NCBI GenBank assembly: GCA_965534055.1
Contig: CBESZZ010000001.1
Span: 1 to 37,821 of the forward strand
Reading direction: 5' to 3'
From: an uncultured bacterium
GTDB lineage: Bacteria > Planctomycetota > UBA1135 > UBA2386
DNA: 37,821 nucleotides
Positions 17,631 through 25,903 of this stretch are shown here, piece by piece. The notes under the pieces are model-generated. The model was given only the letters and a program-made list of their open reading frames with translations. It did not search any database and was not told where the DNA came from. Each line of letters begins with the position of its first letter. The first letter of the stretch is position 1. The translations under genes were made by a program, and so were the position numbers.

Positions 17631-19943
17631 CTAGCGAGTTTCGAACCCCGAAACCAAACGCCCAACCGTCGGCACTGTCCATTCCACGGTGACGCGCACG
17701 CCCGAGGGCAACGGTGCGTCGGGGAGGAAGACGAACATGCCCGGCGCTTCGATCCGTCGATCGAGCAACGTGCCTTCGATGGCGGTTCTCGGCAAGATCA
17801 TCCGGCCGCTGATCTCGGCGTCTCCCGCGCGCACCACGCAGGTGCCTTGCGGGGTGAACGGCAGCGGCGCGAAGGTGTGCAGGGTGATTGGGTAGCCGAC
17901 CACCTCGACGTTCGCGCCATCCTCTGCGGCGGCCGCGATCAGCGCGGTCCCGAGCGTGTCGCCCAGATCTGCGAGATCCACGCTGCAGGGCACATCCGTC
18001 GCGTTGTCGAACGGGAACGCCAGACCGGCGAGCTTCTTGGGAGCACGACCCGGCAGCGGCCGCAGGTCGCAACCCACGAACTCTTTCTCGACGAAGAGCG
18101 ACACCAACATTCGGTGCGGGTTGATGAGCACGTCACGGCAACCCGGACTCGCAAGTAGACGCTCGAGCGCCTTGTCAGCATCCGCATTCCAGGCCACGAC
18201 GAAGTCTGGCTCGCCCGGCGGTGGGATCGGAATCTCGACTTCCTTCGCCTTCTTCGCCGACTCCTCCATCAGCTTGGCGCGGCGCTTCACCGCCTTCATG
18301 TAGTTCGGCACGAACGTCGCGAGCCCGAGTGCGGTCGAACTCTCCACCCGTCGCGCCCCCAGCAACGGCAGCTCTGCGCTGCGCCGCAGGGTGTTGATCG
18401 CGCGACGCACCGGCATCTCGTTGCGCTGCTCAGCCCCGCGCATTGTCGCGCGAATGTCTTCGCCTTTGGCCCAAAACAATCGCCACTGCTCATCAAGCTC
18501 TTCGAGTGAAAGCCGGGTCTGACCCTTGAACGCCGCGGACACCTGGTCCATGCCCTTCGCACCGCGCTTCGTCGTCTTCTCAAGCGCGAAGTAGAACTGC
18601 GGATCACGACGGAAGACGTAATCAATCAAGGACCACGCCTTGACGCGTTCGGGCACCTTCATGTTGTCGGGCTTTAGCAACGGAATGCGTGCCGCGGGGA
18701 CCCGCGTGCCTTCCCAAGCCATCTCGTTGGCGACACGGATCCAACTTGCCATGTCCGCGGAGACGGTCATTTGGCGGCCGCTGCCCGCCACGGTGTTCGC
18801 GTTGCTCAGATCGAGCGTGTAGGTCAGCGTGCGATTGAAGAACCACCCCACCGCCGCGTGGCCGATGCCTTCCCACAATCCGATGTTCAAAGTGCGGGTG
18901 ACGTCCTGGGACATCCCACGGACCGTGTAGTCATTGACCAGCGCGGGGTTGGGTTTGCCATCCATGCTGTAGACGCGCAGCTCGTCTTCGGATGTCTCCA
19001 TGAACCCGAGTGACACCGATTCCTTGAAGAACCGCAGGCGCTGCGCATCGAGATGCTGGGCATTCTTGTCAAAGAAGGCGTGGTAGGAAGCCCGATCCTT
19101 GAAGAACACCATGTTGCGGTACTGCGGGAACTCCGGGAACCCGGGCGCGCTCGCACAAAGCGTCTTGAAGAGCTCCGCGGTTCGCTCGGTGTAGCGGGCG
19201 GCTTCCATCAACACTTCGGTATCCAAGTCGCCGTAAACGTCGCAGTGCGGCGCCTTGAACGCGACCAACCCCATTCCCCGGAGCAGTGGCGACACTTCAT
19301 CTTCGGGCAACGGTTCGATGACCGGCTGCCAAGCGATCAGGTCGGACACCGCATCGTGCAGCCGGCGACCCTGTCGCACGATGTCGAAGTCCTCGGGAGA
19401 TACGAGCAGCCCCTCGAACGTGTCATCCTTGATGCGAGTCAAGAACTCCGGCTTGGGATCGAAGCCGTAAGCCAACTTCCAGTGCAGTGCGGCCTTGGTG
19501 TTCAGCGCTGCGGCTTCGAGCTTCTCGGCCACCGCGGTGTGCGCTGTCGCCAGCTTCTTCACCAGCTTCTTCCACGCGCGATCTAGCTTGCGTGCATCGC
19601 GTTTCTTGATGGAGTCTTTGGCTTTCGGCGCTTTGCCGTCGAGCCGCCAAATCGGCCCGCGCTTGACGTAGCCCAAGCCCTCGCGGGCGCGTTCGTTTTG
19701 GTCGTCGTACTGTTCGAGAACCGTGCGCCAAAGCGCCAGCGCGCGAACGTTGCTGCCGGCTTCCAACGACTCCGCCGCGAAGTCGTTCATCTGTGCGGCG
19801 ACCTGATTGAGCGTCTGCTGATGTTCAGCGAGCAGCGCGGCATTCTGCGCGCGCAGGACACCACCAGTGGCCGCGCAAATCAGGGCCACAGCTAGCGCGG
19901 GAAGACCCAGTCGGGTTGAAATCAGTCGGAAGCCAGTCAGCAT
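17631..19943 (-). CDS. Large secreted hypothetical protein (about 770 aa)
   Basis: I took the start at ATG 19941-19943 because MLTGFRLISTRLGLPALAVALICAATGGVLRAQ is a signal peptide. The middle region (WEGIGHAAVGWFFNR ... VKAWSLIDYVFRRDPQFYF) weakly recalls MA-clan-peptidase-like DUFs, but no HExxH motif is present. The C-terminal LLASPGCRDVLINPH weakly recalls CAP/SCP domains. Neither resemblance is verified. Confidence 0.65.
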   Translation of the reverse strand: MLTGFRLISTRLGLPALAVALICAATGGVLRAQNAALLAEHQQTLNQVAAQMNDFAAESLEAGSNVRALALWRTVLEQYDDQNERAREGLGYVKRGPIWRLDGKAPKAKDSIKKRDARKLDRAWKKLVKKLATAHTAVAEKLEAAALNTKAALHWKLAYGFDPKPEFLTRIKDDTFEGLLVSPEDFDIVRQGRRLHDAVSDLIAWQPVIEPLPEDEVSPLLRGMGLVAFKAPHCDVYGDLDTEVLMEAARYTERTAELFKTLCASAPGFPEFPQYRNMVFFKDRASYHAFFDKNAQHLDAQRLRFFKESVSLGFMETSEDELRVYSMDGKPNPALVNDYTVRGMSQDVTRTLNIGLWEGIGHAAVGWFFNRTLTYTLDLSNANTVAGSGRQMTVSADMASWIRVANEMAWEGTRVPAARIPLLKPDNMKVPERVKAWSLIDYVFRRDPQFYFALEKTTKRGAKGMDQVSAAFKGQTRLSLEELDEQWRLFWAKGEDIRATMRGAEQRNEMPVRRAINTLRRSAELPLLGARRVESSTALGLATFVPNYMKAVKRRAKLMEESAKKAKEVEIPIPPPGEPDFVVAWNADADKALERLLASPGCRDVLINPHRMLVSLFVEKEFVGCDLRPLPGRAPKKLAGLAFPFDNATDVPCSVDLADLGDTLGTALIAAAAEDGANVEVVGYPITLHTFAPLPFTPQGTCVVRAGDAEISGRMILPRTAIEGTLLDRRIEAPGMFVFLPDAPLPSGVRVTVEWTVPTVGRLVSGFETR

Positions 19944-20090
19944 CGCCGCAGCGTAGCAGTCCATGCACTCAACGGCAGGCAAGCTTCCCAAAGCCGGTGC
20001 GGTTGGCCGGTGCGTCAGCCAAGCCCTGGCAAGGTCACCTCCACGGCATGAGGAGAATCGGCGTCTTCGCTATCCTCGTCGGCATTCCCC

Positions 20091-20492
20091 ATGCCCAACC
20101 CCATTCAACGTACTTGGCTCTCGCGACGTGCCGCAGGACTCGTCGCTCGGTGGATCGCTCGCCTGCTCGCTATCGGAGTCGTCGCACTATTCGCCATCTT
20201 CGTGATCGGAGAAGGGATCCCAAAGCCGTCGACGGGATACGAAACCGCACTCACGATCGCACTCACCCTGATGATCACAGGATTGATCGCTGGGTGGTGG
20301 CTGGAGCTGACTGGCGCACTGTTGATCCTCACAGGATTCGTGATGTTCGCCGTGGTCGAACGCAGCGTTCCACTCACAGTCCCGCTCATCACCATACTGC
20401 TGGCGGGAATTCTGTTCGGCGTCGCCTGGGCCTTGCAACCGCGGAGCAGTGAAGCCGGTGTCAAGATCGATTCATCCGAGCCCGGACAATGA
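20091..20492 (+). CDS. Small integral membrane protein (about 4 TM helices), function unknown
   Basis: Four hydrophobic segments: LLAIGVVALFAIFVI, ALTIALTLMITGLIAGWWL, GALLILTGFVMFAVV and LITILLAGILFGVAWAL. Confidence 0.6.
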   Translation: MPNPIQRTWLSRRAAGLVARWIARLLAIGVVALFAIFVIGEGIPKPSTGYETALTIALTLMITGLIAGWWLELTGALLILTGFVMFAVVERSVPLTVPLITILLAGILFGVAWALQPRSSEAGVKIDSSEPGQ

Positions 20493-20520
20493 CACTGACG
20501 CTCGCCGAGGCACAGAACAA

Positions 20521-20534
20521 CGTAGAGCTCTACG
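20521..20534. repeat. Perfect 14-bp palindrome between convergent genes
   Basis: CGTAGAGCTCTACG lies 29 nt after the stop at 20492 and 60 nt beyond the minus-strand stop at 20594. It could form a 5-bp hairpin with an AGCT loop or serve as a dimer binding site. Confidence 0.9.
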
Positions 20535-20593
20535 ACCACATCCCCGGCTGAGTGTGGGCGCACCACGCGTTGGCGACCACTAACAGGTACGCG

Positions 20594-21589
20594 CTACTGG
20601 CCGATCAGTCGCAGCGTGCGCGTAAACGTCGAACCCGCGACGAACTCCAGCCGCACGAAGTTGTCTCCCAGCTCAAGCGGGATCATGCATTCGTGATCCA
20701 ACCGGTGAGGTTGCCCGGGTCGCGACGGGGGAATGCTGGTGACTTCTTCGTCGTGGGAGACGGCTTGGCCGTTGACCGAGATGGTGAGCGCGCTGAACGG
20801 TGTCGTGCGGGATTCCAAGCGGAACCGCAGTTTCGCTTCGCCGACGGGGAGACGGGCGCCGTTGTCGGGATCCAGAATGGTGAACGAGGGCTGGCTCGTC
20901 TCCATGCAGCGCGGCTCGAATTCGGACTTCAAGAACCGCACAAGCTCGACCGAGGCGTTGGTGACTGCACGGTCGGTGAGTTCGACACTGGCCGACTCGA
21001 TGTCGTCGCTCGTCCAGAACGGCGGCAGGATCAACGCCTGCACCGTCGACCAGCTGAAGAACGAGTTCCGGTCCAGGAAGCTCGTAGACACCATGCCCCC
21101 CGATGCGTTCACAGCCTGGATCTCGAAGTCAGACACAGCGTCGCGCACGTCGAAGCGCACGACCAAATTGGTGTCGTAGTTTGAGTCGTCCACAGCCAAG
21201 CCGCCGATCCACGTGCCAAGCCACAGCAACCCGGATGCCCAGAAACCACTGCTCACGCCTTCGTGAACAAACGGTTCCGCTCGCTCGATCACCGGCGTAA
21301 TCAAGACATCGGGGAACACCTCGCTGCCTTCTTGCCAAACGATGACGTCGCTCGCCGCGCCGTATTTGGTCAGGGTGGCAAGCAGCACATCGTGGAACTT
21401 CGAGGCACCACCGCGGAAGCCCAGGCCTCCGGCATCAACCGCGAGCCGTTCACCGTGCTCCACATCCGTAATCGCCACCACGAGAGCCGCGGGATCGCCG
21501 CGCACTGCATCGGGGTCCACGGTGGAGCAAGCGGATGCTGCGACAAAGAGGCCGACGGCCCCCACGGTCCTCCATGGCTTCCCGGTCAT
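20594..21589 (-). CDS. Hypothetical lipoprotein translationally coupled to the upstream kinase
   Basis: MTGKPWRTVGAVGLFVAASAC is a lipobox-like signal. Its ATG (21587-21589) overlaps the kinase TGA (21586-21588) as ATGA. No family recognised. Confidence 0.7.
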   Translation of the reverse strand: MTGKPWRTVGAVGLFVAASACSTVDPDAVRGDPAALVVAITDVEHGERLAVDAGGLGFRGGASKFHDVLLATLTKYGAASDVIVWQEGSEVFPDVLITPVIERAEPFVHEGVSSGFWASGLLWLGTWIGGLAVDDSNYDTNLVVRFDVRDAVSDFEIQAVNASGGMVSTSFLDRNSFFSWSTVQALILPPFWTSDDIESASVELTDRAVTNASVELVRFLKSEFEPRCMETSQPSFTILDPDNGARLPVGEAKLRFRLESRTTPFSALTISVNGQAVSHDEEVTSIPPSRPGQPHRLDHECMIPLELGDNFVRLEFVAGSTFTRTLRLIGQ

Positions 21590-24561
21590 TGGTTTGATTC
21601 CAGTTCAATCACGAAGCGGCAGCCTACGTGCCAATACTTGTTCTCCATAGGTCGAACCTTGCTGCGATCCTTCGGTTCGAGATCTCTGGCCCGCCCGGAT
21701 TCGAAAGTTGCCCTGCCTCGCACGCGCTGGTCGGCGCACCATGCCGCGAGCCCGCTCCGCAGACCTAAGACGCCTTCAGGCGACATATCCCCCACGATGT
21801 CCGCGGCGGTTGGCCGCTCGGTGATCGAACGATACGGGTGCTGCCCAAGGTTGCGGGTCAATCCGTCCCACTGCACCTTGCTCGGGAGCTGCAACCCGGC
21901 GCCGGGGTATTGCTGCGCGATCTCCCCGCAATCGATCACGCTGAGGTGCACAACGAAAGCTGACGGACTATCTGGCGCCGAGAAATTGCTGTGGGCCGGC
22001 AGAGCAAGGAACGTGTCGAGCGCTCCCCTTCTCTTGTTGCGGTCCCAAAGCCGACGCAGCTCGCCGTAGGTCAACGGCGTTCGGTCGCACAAGAACGGCG
22101 CCGTGTCGTCGACTGGCTGAACCAACACCATCTCCACGCCGGGCCGCTGGCTGAAGTCGAACACCCAAACTTTGGCCTGAGCATCGAAGGTCGCCCGCAG
22201 TTCTGACGGCACGTCGATCTCGACAGGCCAGGCCTGGAACGCCTCTTCGGACCACCCCGCGGGGGCAATGCGCTTGGGTGCTGGATCTGGCTCCAACGAG
22301 ACCGCCAACGTTCCCGGGTCCGCGATTGGCTCTGGCTGGGTCAACACCAACCGTGTGCGATCTCTCTGCAGCGTCGCAAGGGTTTCGCGCGCATGGCGAC
22401 TGAGCAGTTTTTCGCCTTGCTCCCACTGGTTCAGCTTCAACTTGAGCCAGCCCCTCGCGTCGCGAAACTGCGCCTCGTGATTTGGTTCGCCGAGCGCAGC
22501 ATTCACTTCACGTACACCCAACACCATCTCGTCGAACTCCGCATTCAGCAGCCGCAGGAGCGGCGGTGTAAGTTCACCGATGCTCGACTCACGGTACTTC
22601 GCGAACCAACTGCCCAGGCCGTCTTCGCTGGGCCTCTGCTCTAGATTCTCAAGCGCTGCAAACGCGCTCCGCAACCAAGTGTCGCGATTGGCGTCCCAAC
22701 TTGGCACGAACCGTTCCGGCGGCAGGAGCTCTTCCCAGGCAGCTTGTCGGGCGAGAGCACTTCGCGTCAGTGTTTCGACGTCCCGGGCTCGGCCAATGAG
22801 TTCGACATCGCCTTGCCGACCCGCTTCGGTGACCGCTGCGGCGGCTTGGGCCAGCAACAAATCGAGCGGGTCGCCATCCTGGAGACCCGCCTCAGCATCA
22901 CGCACGTGAGTTCGAAGCCGCGCTTTTCGATCGCGGAGGTCCTCCTCAAGCTTGGTGACGCGACGCTCCAAAGCCTCGCTCTTATCCAGCGCGTCCACCA
23001 CCTTGGGATCGTTCTTCAACGCGCGCAGCTGCGCCTCAGCGTCTGCGTTGTTTAGCGTGGGAAGCTTGACCTCCATCGCGGCGATGTCCTCTGTGAGATT
23101 CTGCGCGGCCTTGATCTCGTCCAGAGCTGCATCCAACTTTTCGCGGAGCGCACTGAGCGACACCAGTTCGTCGGGTTGCGCAAAGAGCTCGTTCGGATCC
23201 ACGCTCTCAACACGTCGATCTAGCTCGCCCAGCTTCTCGCCAAGGTTGGATTGCAGCTGCCGCAGATTCGCTGCCGAGGGCAACTTGGAGTCGTCCGACT
23301 CAAGCGCGCTGGCCACGTCGGCCTCAATGCCTCTGTAGTCCTCGCGCCACGCACGCAACGTCTTGGTGCCATCGACCGTAGGAGTCCCCAGCCAGCTGGT
23401 CACACCCGTGACTTCGAGCACGGTCACGGTGCCCATCACGAACAGCAGCGCGCACAACGTCCACAGCAACGCGGCGTTGGAACTCTTTTTCCGCTCCACG
23501 TTGTCAGGGATCTTGTGGAAATGCAGTTTGTCCTCTTCACCTTGGACAATGCACTCCAGAGCTTTCACCACGTCTTTGAACGAGCGGTAGCGATGCTGCT
23601 TGTGCCGCGCAGTCATGCGTTTGATCACTTCCGCCAACGCGTCGGGAACCTCCGGAGCGATCTTGCGCGGGTCGAGAAACGGCAGCCGATCAACCACCGT
23701 CGCGATCTCTGAAGGGTATGTGGCGTCTTCCGAGGAGATCGACGGCACACCGGTGAGCGCGTGATAGAACGTCGCGCCCAGCGAATACATGTCGCTGCGA
23801 TGATCGACTTCTTCGCCGAGCTGGGGCCACTGCTCGGGGCTTGCGTAGCGCGGCGTCATCGGCGCGTGGTGCAGCGTGATGCCGGTATTGGCGATCTTGG
23901 CGGCGCCAAAGTCCGCAAGTCGCACATCGAGCTCGGTGCGATCGCCCTCGTGCCGGGTCGCCAAAAGCACGTTCTCCGGCTTGATGTCGCGATGCACCAA
24001 CGGCTGCGCTTCGCCGCTGGGCAGGGTCCGTCGCTCGGCAGCCAGCAGCGCCATGGACGCCTGGAGGAGCAGGCGCACGCCTTCCTTGGCGGGCAGTCGG
24101 CTAGACGGAAACTTCTCGGCGTAGGTCTGCAGAGTTCCCCCGTCCGCAAACTCCATCACCAGGTAGTCGAGATCCGACTCAGAGCCCGAGCTAATTACCC
24201 GCACCACGTAGGGGGTCTGCATCAGCCCGGCAGCTGCCGCCTCCTGCAGGAAACGACGACGACTCTCCGCATCCTCCAGCAGATCCTCACGCATCACTTT
24301 CAGCGCGACACTGCGACCTGCAACGGACACCTGCTCGGCCTGCCACACGCTGCCCATGCTGCCTCGACCGAGCAATCGAACGACGCGGAAGTCGCCGATG
24401 CTTCGCCCCACCAACGAAGCTTTGCTGCCGCGCGATCGTTTTCGCGGGCGCGTCCCGCGGACCACGGTTTGGTCTGGATCCGACGATGCCGACTCGAGCG
24501 GATCTCGCTCGGAGTTGCGGACGCGGTTGCCGGCTCGGGGGTTGTGCTTGCCTGATGCCAT
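21586..24561 (-). CDS. Transmembrane Ser/Thr protein kinase with coiled-coil and a C-terminal FGE/SUMF1-like (C-type-lectin-fold) domain
   Basis: Kinase motifs: LGRGSMGSVWQA, VALKVM, HRDIKPENVLL, LADFGAAK and YASPEQW. TM helix: ALLWTLCALLFVMGTVTVLEV. A long helical region follows. The C-terminus (GVEMVLVQPV...FLCDRTPLTYGELRRLW...LPSKVQWDGL...GVLGLRSGLAAWCAD...YWHVGCRFV) has the FGE-sulfatase pattern. The start is taken at ATG 24559-24561 (MASGKHNP...); it is uncertain by up to 55 codons. Confidence 0.85.
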   Translation of the reverse strand: MASGKHNPRAGNRVRNSERDPLESASSDPDQTVVRGTRPRKRSRGSKASLVGRSIGDFRVVRLLGRGSMGSVWQAEQVSVAGRSVALKVMREDLLEDAESRRRFLQEAAAAGLMQTPYVVRVISSGSESDLDYLVMEFADGGTLQTYAEKFPSSRLPAKEGVRLLLQASMALLAAERRTLPSGEAQPLVHRDIKPENVLLATRHEGDRTELDVRLADFGAAKIANTGITLHHAPMTPRYASPEQWPQLGEEVDHRSDMYSLGATFYHALTGVPSISSEDATYPSEIATVVDRLPFLDPRKIAPEVPDALAEVIKRMTARHKQHRYRSFKDVVKALECIVQGEEDKLHFHKIPDNVERKKSSNAALLWTLCALLFVMGTVTVLEVTGVTSWLGTPTVDGTKTLRAWREDYRGIEADVASALESDDSKLPSAANLRQLQSNLGEKLGELDRRVESVDPNELFAQPDELVSLSALREKLDAALDEIKAAQNLTEDIAAMEVKLPTLNNADAEAQLRALKNDPKVVDALDKSEALERRVTKLEEDLRDRKARLRTHVRDAEAGLQDGDPLDLLLAQAAAAVTEAGRQGDVELIGRARDVETLTRSALARQAAWEELLPPERFVPSWDANRDTWLRSAFAALENLEQRPSEDGLGSWFAKYRESSIGELTPPLLRLLNAEFDEMVLGVREVNAALGEPNHEAQFRDARGWLKLKLNQWEQGEKLLSRHARETLATLQRDRTRLVLTQPEPIADPGTLAVSLEPDPAPKRIAPAGWSEEAFQAWPVEIDVPSELRATFDAQAKVWVFDFSQRPGVEMVLVQPVDDTAPFLCDRTPLTYGELRRLWDRNKRRGALDTFLALPAHSNFSAPDSPSAFVVHLSVIDCGEIAQQYPGAGLQLPSKVQWDGLTRNLGQHPYRSITERPTAADIVGDMSPEGVLGLRSGLAAWCADQRVRGRATFESGRARDLEPKDRSKVRPMENKYWHVGCRFVIELESNQ

Positions 24562-24838
24562 CGGAACGCGAGAGCGGGTGCCTCGTCGGGGAGGAGTGTA
24601 GCGACTGCTCGCGTTGACAGCAGCCCGGCCGATTCCTCTCATGGCAAAGCTGGGATGGCCTTCCTGGCCAGCAGCGGCGAGCGAACTCGGCCCGTGACGC
24701 CTTTCTCTCGCCGAGACACCCCCCACGGCCTACTCTCGAAATTCGGCAAGCTTCGGACAACGCCACGGGCGTATTGGCCGAATGCGCTCGTAAACGCTCG
24801 GCGCACCCCACCTCCGCACGCGCTGCCCTCAATCGACG

Positions 24839-25903
24839 ATGGACCTCCGGTTCAATGAACTCTGCGTGCTCCTGGGCGGCGGCCCATGGTCCGAGGTCCT
24901 TACGCTCCGCAGCGAGCGGCACGCTTCGACGGCATCGGAACCTCGAGACCGTTCGACGGACGACGCATCGCACTCAACGTCCGATCCCTACGCCGGCCGC
25001 GCCGAATGGGCCTTCCTTGCGAACGGTCACGGCGCGCACTGCTTCGAAGTGCTGCGGGTGAAGCTTGCGGCCTACCGCGAACTCATCTCCGGGCTCCTTG
25101 CGCTGCAGCCACGGGCTTCGGAGCACACGCCAAGTGAAACCACGCGCGTGCTGGACGCGACCGTGATCACGGCCCGCGTGCCGCACAGCGGCGTCGCCGT
25201 GCCAGCGCGATGGAACTTCTCGATCAAATTGCGCCCCGCCGGGCCCGACGACGCGGATTCTCGTGGCCCGACGCGAGCGCCGATGCCGCCGCGGGCGCGT
25301 CTCGGCTACCTCTTGTTCGAGGTCTTGCTCCGGCACGACGGGCGCGGCGCTGCGGAGGTTCGCGTCATCGTTGACCGCATGCAGCAGGATTTGAGCCGCC
25401 TGCTCGAGCCGTTTCCGCACCGCACAGAGGAGCTCAGCCGCGAGACCCTACTGGTCCTGCTGCGAGAGCTGTCCCAGTCAAAATCGACCCACAAGACGAG
25501 CCCATCGACTTCACAAGACAGGGACTCCGAACGCCCCAGAAGTCGCGACGCGGCCATCCTGGATCCCCGGGGTGTGCTGCACGACAACCGCACGCGGAGT
25601 CGAACCGCCCGGCCGCACGATCTTTCGACCTGGGAAGAGACGCTGATTCTCGCGACCCGACTGATCACGACGCTTCCCGAGCTTCAGCTGCAGGTGAACA
25701 CCCGAGAATCGTTCGCCGAGCTCCTCAAGATGATGATCCTCGAGCTGGATCACCTGCTGCGCCGGCTGAGCATCGAGCTCTTCGCGTCGAACGATCGCGA
25801 CCAAACGCTCGTTGGCGTCATTGCGAGAATGCACCACGAGCTGCGCGAGAAGCTCGTCGATGACACAGCCGCTGGCATCGATGGTCGAGGGTTCGAGCGA
25901 TGA
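24839..25903 (+). CDS. Hypothetical protein (354 aa) translationally coupled to the FHA gene
   Basis: ATG at 24839, with its stop overlapping the next start as ATGA (25900-25903). Helical N- and C-terminal parts flank an S/T/R/D-rich linker, SQSKSTHKTSPSTSQDRDSERPRSRD. No family recognised. Confidence 0.55.
   Translation: MDLRFNELCVLLGGGPWSEVLTLRSERHASTASEPRDRSTDDASHSTSDPYAGRAEWAFLANGHGAHCFEVLRVKLAAYRELISGLLALQPRASEHTPSETTRVLDATVITARVPHSGVAVPARWNFSIKLRPAGPDDADSRGPTRAPMPPRARLGYLLFEVLLRHDGRGAAEVRVIVDRMQQDLSRLLEPFPHRTEELSRETLLVLLRELSQSKSTHKTSPSTSQDRDSERPRSRDAAILDPRGVLHDNRTRSRTARPHDLSTWEETLILATRLITTLPELQLQVNTRESFAELLKMMILELDHLLRRLSIELFASNDRDQTLVGVIARMHHELREKLVDDTAAGIDGRGFER

Noticed and set aside
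21586-22300. Possibility that the C-terminal FGE/C-type-lectin-fold domain of the kinase is a diversity-generating retroelement (DGR) target.
   Set aside because: No reverse transcriptase gene and no template-repeat copy of the 3' end could be found anywhere in the window. The fold alone is not evidence.
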